The notes: generated from the letters alone by a model not told the origin. 64,000 bases of DNA from Candidatus Entotheonellaceae bacterium (GCA_965238075.1 OZ250173.1:2496001-2560000); one strand, 5' to 3'. Shown: positions 1 to 9,763, counted from the first letter of the stretch. Program-made: numbers and translations.

Positions 1-274
1 TGCCGACTACACTGCGAATGTTGTGCCGTAGCTGCGTTTGATAAAACGTCATCTGCTGGAGCCAGATGGCGTCGCTGACGCTGATGAGCAGTTCTCCCCA
101 CCTGAACCGCACGGGGTGCGACACCGTCGCGAGTTGAGAACCCGCGATCGCGGTCCAGTTGCGTTGCAGCGCAACCAGGGTGACGACGTTGTCGAGTCCG
201 GCCTGTTGTAAGGCGTCCGTCAGCGCGACGTGCAGCGGCTGCAGCGCTTTCGTGTCAGAAGCGCGGCGATTCAT
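1..274 (-). CDS. DUF721/DciA-family protein (3' end runs off the window)
   Basis: Manual translation MNRRASDTK...QRNWTAIAGSQLATVSHPVRFRWGELLISVSDAIWLQQMTFYQTQLRHNI fits the DUF721 pattern (W..I.G...A....P......L.I.V....W.Q.L). Start overlaps the plsC stop region. Not in the ORF track. Confidence 0.7.
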   Translation of the reverse strand, partial: MNRRASDTKALQPLHVALTDALQQAGLDNVVTLVALQRNWTAIAGSQLATVSHPVRFRWGELLISVSDAIWLQQMTFYQTQLRHNIRSVVG

Positions 275-980
275 TGTCAGAGCCCTCGGGCTGAAGTCGG
301 GGGCCTGGCGCGGAACGGCTCATTGTTGCCGGTTGGTCATTATACGTCAAGGCGGCAATAGCCCCCATGATTTCTTTAACAATCGCCTCGGCGGTTTCCT
401 TGCTATTGGGCCTTTGAAAATACGGCTGCAGGTCCAACGGCTTGCCGTATCGCAGCGACACCGGCGTGCGCCAGCGCGGCCACCATCGTTTGGAGCCCCA
501 GACGCGGTCGGTACCGACGACGAGGGTCGGGATGACAACGGGTTGAGCCTGGTGAATGATCTTGCCTAGCATGCGGTTGCCTTCGTGCAGATGGCCGTCG
601 CGACTACGGGTGCCCTCGGGGAAGAGCATGATTTTGCCGCTGCGCATGTGAGTGAGCATGCGGCGGATGCCGCGCAGATCGTTCTTGCCGCGGCGGATGG
701 GGAAGACCCCCCAGGAATTCAGAATGAAGCTGACGATGGGCAGACGGAACAGCTCTTCCTTCGCCGGCGCCCAGATCGTCTGGGCGCCGTGGGCCCTGTT
801 GATGGAGTAGGGGATGATCAGGGTGTCGAACATGGAAAGATGATTGCTGGCGAGCACCACACCGCCCCGGCGGGGTACGTGCTCCAACCCCTGGATGCGC
901 AGCCGGCAAAAGGGAAACAGGAAGAGCCCGACCGCCCGGGTGGAAAAACGGAGCCACAGTGTTAACAGGGTGGATGGCAT
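255..980 (-). CDS. plsC: 1-acyl-sn-glycerol-3-phosphate acyltransferase
   Basis: NHLSMFD (HX4D) and FPEGTRS acyltransferase motifs. Confidence 0.85.
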   Translation of the reverse strand: MPSTLLTLWLRFSTRAVGLFLFPFCRLRIQGLEHVPRRGGVVLASNHLSMFDTLIIPYSINRAHGAQTIWAPAKEELFRLPIVSFILNSWGVFPIRRGKNDLRGIRRMLTHMRSGKIMLFPEGTRSRDGHLHEGNRMLGKIIHQAQPVVIPTLVVGTDRVWGSKRWWPRWRTPVSLRYGKPLDLQPYFQRPNSKETAEAIVKEIMGAIAALTYNDQPATMSRSAPGPRLQPEGSDNESPRF

Positions 981-1014
981 GATGGCTCCGTTGGACGCCT
1001 CCTGGCCACCGGCG

Positions 1015-1476
1015 TCAGGCTTGTGGCGTTGGGTTGGCGTTTTGGCTCAGCACCTGGTGTGCGGCCTGCAACGCCAGCTCATAGCTGTGTGGTCCGAAAC
1101 CCGCCACCTGGCCGAGGGCGATGTCCGCAATGTACGAATGTGCACGGAACGGCTCGCGCCGATAGATGTTCGACAGGTGGACTTCGATGACCGGAATGCT
1201 CACTCCCAGGATCGCATCCCGCAGGGCAACGCTGGTGTGGGTGAAAGCAGCGGGGTTGAGGATCAGGATATCCGCTTGCCGGCCGTGGGTCTGAATCCAG
1301 TCGATCAGTTCCCCTTCGTGGTTTGACTGAAAGCATTCCGTTTCATGTCCCAGCCGCGACGCTTCCTGCTGGAGGTTCTGATTGATGCCGGCCAGGGTAG
1401 TGGTCCCGTAGATGTGCTGTTCGCGGCTGCCCAGGAGATTGAGATTCGGGCCGTGTGCGATGAGTATCCGTGCCAT
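1015..1476 (-). CDS. aroQ: Type II 3-dehydroquinate dehydratase
   Basis: GPNLNLLGSRE...YG, QSNHEGELID, NPAAFTHTS and EVHLSNIYRREPFR motifs. ATG at 1476 preferred as start. Confidence 0.95.
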   Translation of the reverse strand: MARILIAHGPNLNLLGSREQHIYGTTTLAGINQNLQQEASRLGHETECFQSNHEGELIDWIQTHGRQADILILNPAAFTHTSVALRDAILGVSIPVIEVHLSNIYRREPFRAHSYIADIALGQVAGFGPHSYELALQAAHQVLSQNANPTPQA

Positions 1477-1490
1477 GGCTGTTCCCGCCC

Positions 1491-2606
1491 TCACTGCGCG
1501 GTTGCGGGTGTTGCGGCGTATTCCTCAAGCAGCTCTTGCAGGACGTCGAGAGGCACGGATTGCTGGAAGACCACCGCGCCGATGTCTTCGAGCATCACGA
1601 ACCGCACCACGCCGTTGATCGATTTTTTGTCGTGCGCCATCAGGTCCAGCAGGAGCTGGGGCATGATGTCGGCGTACGCGACGGGCAGACGCAGGGTTGT
1701 CAGCAAGTCGCACAGCCGTTCGCGTACGTCCGCTGAGCAATACTGCAGCCGCTCGGACAGGCGCGCGACCAGAGCCATGCCAATGGCGACGGCCTCCCCG
1801 TGTGTGTAGCGTGCGTAGGCGGTGGCGGCTTCAAGCGCGTGGCCAATCGTATGGCCGAAATTGAGAATGGCCCGCACGCCCTTCTCGGTGGGGTCCTCCT
1901 GCACCACCCGCACCTTCACTGCGATCGCCCGCTCGATGAGCGTGGTCAGCGTGGCTTCGTCGCGTTCTCGGATGGCCTGAACGCGGTTTTCCATAAAGGC
2001 GAACAACTCGGGGTCGCCAATAGCGCCGACTTTGACGATTTCGCTTAGTCCGCACAGGTATTCGCGCTCCGGCAAGGAGGCCAGCAGGCTGGTGTCCGTC
2101 ACCACCATGCGAGGCGGGTAGAAGGCCCCGATCAGGTTCTTGCCGAGGGGGTGATTGACGCCCGTTTTGCCGCCGATGCTGCTGTCGACCATGGCCAGAA
2201 GCGACGTGGGCACGTGTACCAGTGGAATGCCCCGCATGTAGCTGGCGGCCACGAAACCGCTCAAATCGCCGATCACGCCGCCCCCCAGGGCGAAAATCAC
2301 GCTTTGCCGGTCGGCGCCCATCCGCGCCAACCTGGTGAACAGCCTGGCCGCATGCCTCAAGGTTTTGCTCCGCTCACCCTCCGGCACCAGACACGACTCT
2401 ACCGCGTAGTCGGCCGCACGCAGTGATTCGCTCAGCCGTCCGCCGTATAACTCGTACAAGCCGGGATGCGTCAGCACAAACGCCTTGCGCCCCTTGTTCC
2501 AGGCGCGCGCCTGCTGTCCCAATTGCGCCAACGCCCCGGCGCCGATATGGATGTCGTACTGTTCGGTAGCCGTCTGCACGGCAATGCAACGTAGCGTGGA
2601 TGGCAT
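1491..2606 (-). CDS. aroB: 3-dehydroquinate synthase
   Basis: GGGVIGDLSGF, PTSLLAMVDSSIGGKTGVN and LNFGHTIGHALE motifs. Confidence 0.95.
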   Translation of the reverse strand: MPSTLRCIAVQTATEQYDIHIGAGALAQLGQQARAWNKGRKAFVLTHPGLYELYGGRLSESLRAADYAVESCLVPEGERSKTLRHAARLFTRLARMGADRQSVIFALGGGVIGDLSGFVAASYMRGIPLVHVPTSLLAMVDSSIGGKTGVNHPLGKNLIGAFYPPRMVVTDTSLLASLPEREYLCGLSEIVKVGAIGDPELFAFMENRVQAIRERDEATLTTLIERAIAVKVRVVQEDPTEKGVRAILNFGHTIGHALEAATAYARYTHGEAVAIGMALVARLSERLQYCSADVRERLCDLLTTLRLPVAYADIMPQLLLDLMAHDKKSINGVVRFVMLEDIGAVVFQQSVPLDVLQELLEEYAATPATAQ

Positions 2607-2688
2607 GATAGCTCCTTACAAAAACGTGTCGCGTGGGTCATGAACCCGGCAATGGTATCACAGCTTTCAACGATGGCGCCCGGCGTCA

Positions 2689-4743
2689 TCACTGCAGCGT
2701 CTCCAGGCTTTCTTGCGGTTCGCGGATGATGCGCGGGGTGATGAAAAACAACAATTCGTCGGTGCTGTCAAGGTTACGGGTTCTGCGGAAGAGCCAGCCC
2801 AGAACGGGGATTTTCGAGAAGAAGGGCACGCCGTCCTCGCTGGTGCTCATGTCGCGGGTGTAGAGGCCGCCGATGACCACCGTATCGCCATCGCGCACCA
2901 GCATTTCGGTGGTGGCTTCGCGGGTAATGATGGTGGGCACGCCGTCGCGCGAGGTTCGCGTGAAGTCGGCGGCGTTGCGCGAGGCCACGATCTTCATGTT
3001 GATGAAGCCGTGTGGCGTTACGTGCGGGGTGACGCGCAGGCTGATGCTGGCGTCGGCGAACTGCGTCTGGGTGCCCTGATTCGCGGAAGTGGTCTCGAAC
3101 GGAATGCGCCTGCCGCTCTGGATAAGGGCTTCCGTGTTGTCCAGCGTAGCAATCCGCGGCCTGGAGATCACCTTGCCACGCCCGGAGGATTCCAGGGCGG
3201 AGAGGTGAACGTCGAGAAAGCTGCCGCCGATGCTGGCGAAGGAAATGCCCATCGAGCCGCCGGCCCCCGTTCCGACCAGGGCGGGCAGGTCCAGAATGAA
3301 GTTGCCGGGAACGTTGGAGCCCGCACGGGTTCCCGCCCCGAAAATTGATACGGCGTTGGGAAACGACGCGTTGATTTTCTCTTCCGTACGCCCGGCAAGT
3401 TGCACCCCAAGATCGCGCAAGAAGTTGCGGGAGGACTCGACGATACGCGACTCGATCATGATCTGCGGTGTCGGGCGATCCAGCGTCGCCACCAGATCGG
3501 TTATCGTGCTGATGGCGGCCTGCGTATCGTTGACGATAATCGTATTGGTGCGCGTATCGACAGCCAGTGAGCCTTTGTCGCTCAACAGTTTCTCCAGGTT
3601 CGGCTGCAGGGCGGCGGCGTTGGCGTAGTTGATGGTGACCACCTGCGTGAACGTCGGCTGGATTTGCCGCTGTATCTCCTGCTCCCGAAGCCTGGCCTCG
3701 CGTTTCTTGGCGAAATGCTCCAGCGGCGCGATGCGGATGACGTTGCCGGACCGTTCGTGTCCCATGCCGTTGATGCTGAGCATCGCGTCCAAGGCCTCTT
3801 TCCACGGCACGTCATCCAGCCGAGTGGTGACTTTACCCTGCACATCGGCCCCGGCGATGATGTTCACCCCTACCGCGTCAGCGATCAGCCGCAGGACGTC
3901 GTGAAGGTCGGCTTCCTGAACGTCGAGGAAGATGGTTTCCTCGCTGGGCACAGAAGACGGCTCGGCGGGCTCCGATGGCGGTTGTTCCAGGGCTGCTTCG
4001 TCCCCCGGGACTTCTACGCCCGCTTCGGACGGCACCGACTCTGCAGCTACTTCGTCCGCCGCGGAATCCGTAATCGTTTCGGAGGCCGGGGGTTCTGCGG
4101 GTATTTCCCGCGTTGTGGATTCTGCCGACGTTTCAGGTGTCAGAGATTCTTCGTCCCTCTCGGGCAACATCGGCTCTGTGGCAGCATCTTGCTCCGTGGG
4201 CGTCGCATCCGCTTCAGGAACCGGGATCGGGCTCTCGGCAGCACCGGCGTCAGGCTGTCGGTGGGCCAAAGCGAGCCGTATAACCCCCTCGTCCTGTTCC
4301 ATCTCAAACGGAACGGCTTCATGCAGATAAACCCTGATGACGACCTGCGGTTGCATGTTGCGAATCTGTTCCACCGCCACCACTTTGGTCACGGTGCCGC
4401 CCGGGTCCTGCACGGCAAAAACCGATTGTTGGGTGCCCAGGCGCGTTGCTTGAATGTCCAGGGCCACGTGGGTTGGCTCGTAGCGCTGATGGGCGCGTAT
4501 CTGCGGCGGCGTGCCCGAGGTCCGCACGACAACCACCGCTGCATCGACTTGGTTTTCAAAGGAGACGTCGGTTACGACCGTTGCCGCGTCGCCGAAGAGG
4601 TCCGGCACCGGCTCGGGCTGCCACAGGGCGTCGGATCCGGCTGGCGTGTACGGCTCCAACTCGGTGCGGCATCCGCTGACGCACAGGGCTGCGACAAACC
4701 CAAGGACCACAAAAAAGAAGATTCCGGCAAGGCGCATACTCAC
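2689..4743 (-). CDS. pilQ: Type IV pilus secretin PilQ (lipobox, AMIN-like region, acidic linker)
   Basis: C-terminal secretin motifs (QIMIESRIVE, LSALESSGRGKVISRP, VPFFSKIPVLGWLFR, ELLFFITPRII). Last gene of the pilMNOPQ operon. Confidence 0.92.
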   Translation of the reverse strand: MSMRLAGIFFFVVLGFVAALCVSGCRTELEPYTPAGSDALWQPEPVPDLFGDAATVVTDVSFENQVDAAVVVVRTSGTPPQIRAHQRYEPTHVALDIQATRLGTQQSVFAVQDPGGTVTKVVAVEQIRNMQPQVVIRVYLHEAVPFEMEQDEGVIRLALAHRQPDAGAAESPIPVPEADATPTEQDAATEPMLPERDEESLTPETSAESTTREIPAEPPASETITDSAADEVAAESVPSEAGVEVPGDEAALEQPPSEPAEPSSVPSEETIFLDVQEADLHDVLRLIADAVGVNIIAGADVQGKVTTRLDDVPWKEALDAMLSINGMGHERSGNVIRIAPLEHFAKKREARLREQEIQRQIQPTFTQVVTINYANAAALQPNLEKLLSDKGSLAVDTRTNTIIVNDTQAAISTITDLVATLDRPTPQIMIESRIVESSRNFLRDLGVQLAGRTEEKINASFPNAVSIFGAGTRAGSNVPGNFILDLPALVGTGAGGSMGISFASIGGSFLDVHLSALESSGRGKVISRPRIATLDNTEALIQSGRRIPFETTSANQGTQTQFADASISLRVTPHVTPHGFINMKIVASRNAADFTRTSRDGVPTIITREATTEMLVRDGDTVVIGGLYTRDMSTSEDGVPFFSKIPVLGWLFRRTRNLDSTDELLFFITPRIIREPQESLETLQ

Positions 4744-5696
4744 CCTCCTTTGCCATCCTGGCGCCGCAGCGGCAGGGTGAGCGGTTCCGAAATGACTTCG
4801 TTTCCAGGTGTCACGTAAAGTTCCTCTATAATGAGCGCCTGCTCGCGGATTTCGGAAACGCGCCCGCCGTGCATGCCCATCCGGGTGCCGACCGTGACGT
4901 AATACCCCTTGCCGTCCGGCGCCTTGACCAGCGCTTTGCTGCCGAAGCTGCCCCGCACAATGGCTACCAGCTTCAGGGCCGCCAAGTCGAAACGTTCCAG
5001 CGGCTCCCGCACCTCGTCGGGTGCACGTTCCACGCGCTTGGGGGTCGCTGGCGGGGGCGCCTCTTTGACGAGGGGTTCCATGGGGTCGCGCCGTCCCTGG
5101 GGGTCATAACCGAAGCCTGCAGGCGCAGCCATAGGCCCCACGCCCGCTTCGTCTTCGCCAAGATAACGAAACGTAGTCGCCAGGCATTGCGTCGCTCGTC
5201 CCGTCGCCCGTATGTCGAGCTGGTTCACCTGAATAAGGCCCGGCAATGCGGTCAAACCATCCAGGAATAAGCCGACGGCGTGATAGGGACCTTTCAGTTC
5301 CATGGTGACTGGCATTTCCGCGTACAGTTCGTTGCGTTGCTCGTTCTGGGGTCGCAGTAAGTCGATCCGCAGGCCCGTGCGAACGCCAAGGTCGGAAATC
5401 CGGCGGATCAGGGCGGGTGGGTCCTGTTGCCGCGGCAGGAACTGTAGATGCTGGGTCAACTCGGTTCTGAGTGCAGCCACGGCATCCTCCAGTGCCTCGA
5501 CCTGTGCGGCGATGGCGCGTTGACGCTGCAACTGTTGCGCCCTTGAGGCGTTGCGCTCCTGCAAGGCGGCCAGTTCTTCGGCGCGCAGTTGGTGCACGGC
5601 GTTCCAATAGGTGCCCCCAGCCAACAGCAAGAGAACCGGCACCATCACCCAGCGATACAGGCTCGGAATTGTTTCGAGGCGCTCTATCCAGCCCAT
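4740..5696 (-). CDS. PilO-PilP fusion protein
   Basis: N-terminal TM plus PilO domain (YAEMPVTMELKGPYHAVGLFLDGL), continuous with a PilP domain (YDPQGRRDPMEP, REPLERFDLAALKLVAIV, ALVKAPDGKGYYVTVGTRMG). Confidence 0.85.
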   Translation of the reverse strand: MGWIERLETIPSLYRWVMVPVLLLLAGGTYWNAVHQLRAEELAALQERNASRAQQLQRQRAIAAQVEALEDAVAALRTELTQHLQFLPRQQDPPALIRRISDLGVRTGLRIDLLRPQNEQRNELYAEMPVTMELKGPYHAVGLFLDGLTALPGLIQVNQLDIRATGRATQCLATTFRYLGEDEAGVGPMAAPAGFGYDPQGRRDPMEPLVKEAPPPATPKRVERAPDEVREPLERFDLAALKLVAIVRGSFGSKALVKAPDGKGYYVTVGTRMGMHGGRVSEIREQALIIEELYVTPGNEVISEPLTLPLRRQDGKGG

Positions 5697-5699
5697 GGA

Positions 5700-6281
5700 T
5701 TACTCCGATTGCCTCACGGCCTTGTCGCGGTTGTCGGGCGGCGACAGGTGAGCGGACACGATGAAGGCAGCGATGGACCTGCCGTGCAGCGTCCCGGCTT
5801 TCGATTCCACCAGGGCAACACGTGAGAACGGTGCGCCGGGGGCCGCAGCAAGATTCTCCATGAACGTCGCGATGCCTTCATTGTCAAATGATTTGCCCGT
5901 GATCTCAAGACCTGCGTCTGTATCGCGTATGGCGTCCAGCCATATCTGTTCCGGGAGGCTCTGACTGATAGTTGTAAGCAGCCGCGCCGGCTGTCTTTGG
6001 GTGCTGCGCAGGCCGCCGATCACCGATACCTTGTGTTCGAACTCCGCCTTCTCGATCTTTAATCGTTCCGTTTGTTTCAGGAGGGGTCGCAACGTTTGCA
6101 ACTCGGCTTGCATCCGCCGTTGTTCGTCACGTTGCGCCGTCAGTTGATCGTTCTGCGTTCCATGCAATCGGGCGCCGACCGCCGCCAGGACGAGTAGAAT
6201 CAGCAGGGTCAACGACAGTTGCCACCACGTCTCACGGTGACGCCTGGAGCTTTGCGTTCCGAGCAGATTGATGCGGATCAC
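5700..6281 (-). CDS. pilN: Type IV pilus assembly protein PilN
   Basis: MIRINLL PilM-binding motif, TM, coiled coil, LPEQIWL and ITGKS...IATFMENL. Confidence 0.9.
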   Translation of the reverse strand: MIRINLLGTQSSRRHRETWWQLSLTLLILLVLAAVGARLHGTQNDQLTAQRDEQRRMQAELQTLRPLLKQTERLKIEKAEFEHKVSVIGGLRSTQRQPARLLTTISQSLPEQIWLDAIRDTDAGLEITGKSFDNEGIATFMENLAAAPGAPFSRVALVESKAGTLHGRSIAAFIVSAHLSPPDNRDKAVRQSE

Positions 6282-7354
6282 CGGTCGCCTCGCCTCCTCA
6301 AAGCCAGTCCCACACCCACCGCGGCGAGGGGCGCCATGTCTTGCAGGTAGGCGGCATCGAACTGGCTGTCGTCACAGTAAACGCGGTCGAACGGATTCGC
6401 CACGCTGACCGGCAGCCCCAGGTGCGCGCCGAGAAAGCGGTCGAGACCCCTGATGCAGCCGCACCCGCCGCTGATCACGACGCGGTCGACGCCTCGGTTG
6501 GTCGTGGTACGAAAAAGATCGAACGAGCGCTGGAGTTCGCCGCCAATCTCGGTGCTCACCGTTGCCATGACGTCGAGCAGGGCCTCTTGCCGCGCGGCGT
6601 CAATGTGTCCATGGCCCATTTTCAGCGCTTCGGCCTCATCGTGATCGATACCCAAAGCGCTCTGCACCGCGGACGTGTAGCGGTCGCCGCCGATGGCGAC
6701 GGCGCGCTGAAACGTTGTCGCGCCGTTGGATACGATGTTGACGTTCATCGTACTAGCGCCGATATCGACGAGGGCTATCGGCGTGTCTGCCAAGCCGTGC
6801 GCCGCCTCGAATGCGTTCGCCAAAGCCAAAACGTCGATATCGACTACGGCCGGCCTGAGACCAGCGGCGGTGAGCAGACTCGCTCGCTCGGCAACCCTCG
6901 CTTTCCGCGCCGCCACCAGCAAAACGTCCATCTGACCGCCCGTGGCGTTGCCCGACGCCAGAATCCGGAAATCCAGGTTGATATCAGCCATGTCGAATGG
7001 AATATGCTGTTCCGCCTCCCATTGCATCGCTTCGGCCAGCTCCCTGTCGCTCATGCGGGGCAGGCGAATGGTCTTGGTCAGCACTGCTTGGCCCGAGAGT
7101 GCGACGGCCGTATCCCTGGCGCTGATTTTCTCCATGCGGATCAGATTGCGGATCGCTGTGACCACGCTGCCTTCGTCCATGATGGTATGATCGACGATGG
7201 CTCGAGGGGGCAGGGGCATGACGCCAAAGTTGACGAGTTGGTAACTGCCTTGGCGAGCCTTGAGTCTGACCAGCTTGATCGAATGGCTGCCGATGTCGAG
7301 CCCCGTCAGCAGGGGTTTGCGGCGGAAACGCGGGAGGCGTTGCAGAAGAGCCAT
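6278..7354 (-). CDS. pilM: Type IV pilus assembly ATPase-like protein PilM
   Basis: GLDIGSHSIKLV, EAEQHIPF, LVDIGASTMN, VISGGC and VANPF motifs. Confidence 0.93.
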   Translation of the reverse strand: MALLQRLPRFRRKPLLTGLDIGSHSIKLVRLKARQGSYQLVNFGVMPLPPRAIVDHTIMDEGSVVTAIRNLIRMEKISARDTAVALSGQAVLTKTIRLPRMSDRELAEAMQWEAEQHIPFDMADINLDFRILASGNATGGQMDVLLVAARKARVAERASLLTAAGLRPAVVDIDVLALANAFEAAHGLADTPIALVDIGASTMNVNIVSNGATTFQRAVAIGGDRYTSAVQSALGIDHDEAEALKMGHGHIDAARQEALLDVMATVSTEIGGELQRSFDLFRTTTNRGVDRVVISGGCGCIRGLDRFLGAHLGLPVSVANPFDRVYCDDSQFDAAYLQDMAPLAAVGVGLALRRRGDR

Positions 7355-7379
7355 GGGTAGAAGTCAACTCCCGGCGAAA

Positions 7380-8525
7380 ATGTTCTGGCACTTGCGGAAA
7401 ATTTGGCACTTTCGGCATCAGCGCGGGGCACCGGAAGTCTCCCTGGCGGAGACGGTCAAGGGCCTGCAAGCGCTGCTGCTTGATGACGTGGCGGCGGTCC
7501 TGTCGGACACGCTGCGTCAGGTGTTTTCACGCCCGGTGAGCATCTCCGAACTCCGCCGTCTTGACATTGCTTTTTTCCAGGAGGGTCGTGAGCAGCGCGT
7601 CTGGCGCGCCCAAGCCAGCCTGCAAGACGGTGCCGCGGGTACGTTCGGCCTCATTATAGCGCGGTCTATGGGAGCCAGTCATGACGTGACGCAGCGCGAT
7701 TTCGGGCATCTGCAGTGCCTGTCCGAATTGCAGCCGCGCTACTGCGTGCGGCCTTATGTGCAAGCGACGGCACCGGTGGCCGACGGCCTGGCGGCGTACA
7801 CGGTGCAATGGTGCGAGTCGCACAAGGAACTGGTGTTCGAGGTGAGCCGCGACGGCGGCACCTTTCTGATCAACCGCCCCGAGGGATTCCGGGTCAAGCC
7901 CGGAATGACGTCAGGGGCGGCGCACCGCCACTTCAGCCTACAGGCGTCCCGCGGCGTTTGGCGGCGGATTGCAGAAGTGTTGTGCTGGTATCCGGGCCTG
8001 CGCGGCGTCAACGTGCAGGCGGGGGATTTCATCGGCCGGGTGGGACCGGACGGGCAGGTTGATCTGAAGCTGACGACGGCTCGGCAGTTGGCGGCAGATA
8101 CGTCGCCGGAAGCGCATATCGGGGCCATGTTGCGGGGCATGATCACGGCAAGCGGCTACCTGAGCGACGGGCGGCAGCCCTTCGACCGCGGCATGTCTTA
8201 CGAAACTTTTATGTTGCGTATGCGGGGGGTGCTGGAGCGGCGCTTTGGCGACAGGGCAGCGGCAATGGCCCGGCAGCAGTGGGAGCTGTTTCGGGCTGGG
8301 GCCTTTGCCCGGCAAGAGGATTGGCTGAAGGAAGATTGCGTGCTGGGAACCTTCGACCGCTGGCGGGCCGATTATCCGGCGGACGTGGCTTGGCGTGAGA
8401 CGAAACGGCAGTGGCTGGCCTACGCCGAGGCGGTACGGACTGGCCGCATGGCGCCGTCGTGGTGGTTCCCGGCGGGGGAAATTCCGGAGTTGCTGGAGTG
8501 GCTGGGGCAACGGCTCAAAACATGA
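7380..8525 (+). CDS. Hypothetical protein (start uncertain: 7353 or 7380)
   Basis: Long ORF filling the gap between pilM and hflC with protein-like composition. No family recognised. Confidence 0.6.
   Translation: MFWHLRKIWHFRHQRGAPEVSLAETVKGLQALLLDDVAAVLSDTLRQVFSRPVSISELRRLDIAFFQEGREQRVWRAQASLQDGAAGTFGLIIARSMGASHDVTQRDFGHLQCLSELQPRYCVRPYVQATAPVADGLAAYTVQWCESHKELVFEVSRDGGTFLINRPEGFRVKPGMTSGAAHRHFSLQASRGVWRRIAEVLCWYPGLRGVNVQAGDFIGRVGPDGQVDLKLTTARQLAADTSPEAHIGAMLRGMITASGYLSDGRQPFDRGMSYETFMLRMRGVLERRFGDRAAAMARQQWELFRAGAFARQEDWLKEDCVLGTFDRWRADYPADVAWRETKRQWLAYAEAVRTGRMAPSWWFPAGEIPELLEWLGQRLKT
7884..7909. repeat. GTCA-type REP-like palindrome inside a CDS
   Basis: GGATTCCGGG-TCAAG-CCCGGAATGAC (reverse complement GTCATTCCGGGCTTGACCCGGAATCC). 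Same architecture as the intergenic copies near 34.5-34.6 kb. Confidence 0.65.
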
Positions 8526-8574
8526 TTTTGAACAGGGACGGCCGGGCCAGGATGACCTGGCTCGGCCTCGCTTT

Positions 8575-9750
8575 CTACTGCGTCCGTTCACCCATCGGCC
8601 CGCCGCTGGACGCTTGGCCGTCGCCATCCATCGGTGCCGGCGCGACTTCCGGCATGATCGCCGCCGGCTCGAGGCCGTTCGGGGTAGGCTCGGTGCTCTT
8701 CAGGCCGTTCGCCTGATTCAGGTAACGGTAAAAATCGCTGTCCGTGGTCAACAGCAGGCTGGAGTTGCTTTTCAGCGTTTTCTTGTACGCCGCCAATGTC
8801 TGGATAAAGGTGTAAAACTCGGGTGCCTGGCCATAAGAGGCGGCGTAAATGCCCGCTGCCTCGGCATCGGCTTTACCGATAACCTCCTGCGCCAGACGAT
8901 ACGCATTGGAGCGCAGGCTATCGATCTCCTTCTCTTTCTCGCCGCGAATCTTGGCGCTCTCACCGTCGCCGATCGAACGGAAACGCGCCGCAATACGCTG
9001 ACGTTCGGAAATCATGCGCTCATACACCCGCTGTTCCACCTCCTGAACATAGTTGATGCTCTTGATACGCACATCGATCAATTCGATGCCGAAATTCGGC
9101 AGGTTCTCCTGCGCGCGCTCGACCATGAGTTGTGTCAGGCCGTCCCGTCCTAGACGGACCTCCTGCACGATACTCGGAGCCATGGCCTGAGGTGCCGGCG
9201 GCGCCGGTACAACGGGCTGCGCCTGTCCCGCGTCCGGCTCGGCGTCAACCGCGGGCGCAGGGCTGGCATCCGCCGAACCATCCAACACCCGCCGCTCGCT
9301 GCCCTCAAGGCTGTCCAACGGCAGTTCGCGGTTGGAGTTGCGCACCGATTCGATCAGCAGGTGGGAACTCACCACGTCGCGCGCCGCCGAGTCAATCAGA
9401 TCGTCCAAGCGGCTTTGAGCGGATCGCTCGGTCTTGACCGCCTTGAGAAACTGCAGCGGATCGACAATGCGCCAGCGCGCCGTCGTATCCAGCTTGATGA
9501 AGCGTTTGTCCAGGGTCGGGATCTCGTCTGGTGAGCCGTCCCATTCCAGAATGCGTTTTTCGAAACGCCGCACACGCTGAATAAACGGCGCCTTGACCTT
9601 CAGCCCCGGCGTCGTGATGGCGTCACCGACCGGCTCGCCGAACTGCGTGATGATAACCAGTTCCGCCTCGTCCACTTGGTAGAGGGCCCCGCCGACCGTC
9701 ATCAACACGGCCACTACAACCACGCCAACTACGGCAACTAATTTGTTCAT
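8575..9750 (-). CDS. hflC: FtsH modulator HflC
   Basis: SPFH domain (QFGEPV, ARWRIVDP, RMISERQRIA, PEFYTF). Follows hflK. Confidence 0.92.
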   Translation of the reverse strand: MNKLVAVVGVVVVAVLMTVGGALYQVDEAELVIITQFGEPVGDAITTPGLKVKAPFIQRVRRFEKRILEWDGSPDEIPTLDKRFIKLDTTARWRIVDPLQFLKAVKTERSAQSRLDDLIDSAARDVVSSHLLIESVRNSNRELPLDSLEGSERRVLDGSADASPAPAVDAEPDAGQAQPVVPAPPAPQAMAPSIVQEVRLGRDGLTQLMVERAQENLPNFGIELIDVRIKSINYVQEVEQRVYERMISERQRIAARFRSIGDGESAKIRGEKEKEIDSLRSNAYRLAQEVIGKADAEAAGIYAASYGQAPEFYTFIQTLAAYKKTLKSNSSLLLTTDSDFYRYLNQANGLKSTEPTPNGLEPAAIMPEVAPAPMDGDGQASSGGPMGERTQ

Positions 9751-9763
9751 TGCATCATCTCCT

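Noticed and set aside
7386-7415. TGGCAC motifs as sigma54 promoters (also near 21340 and 32887)
   Set aside because: The -12 TTGC element is absent at the required spacing, unlike the pqqA site.
9170-9310. Pro/Ala-rich insertion in HflC
   Set aside because: HflC proteins commonly carry a variable low-complexity loop at this position.
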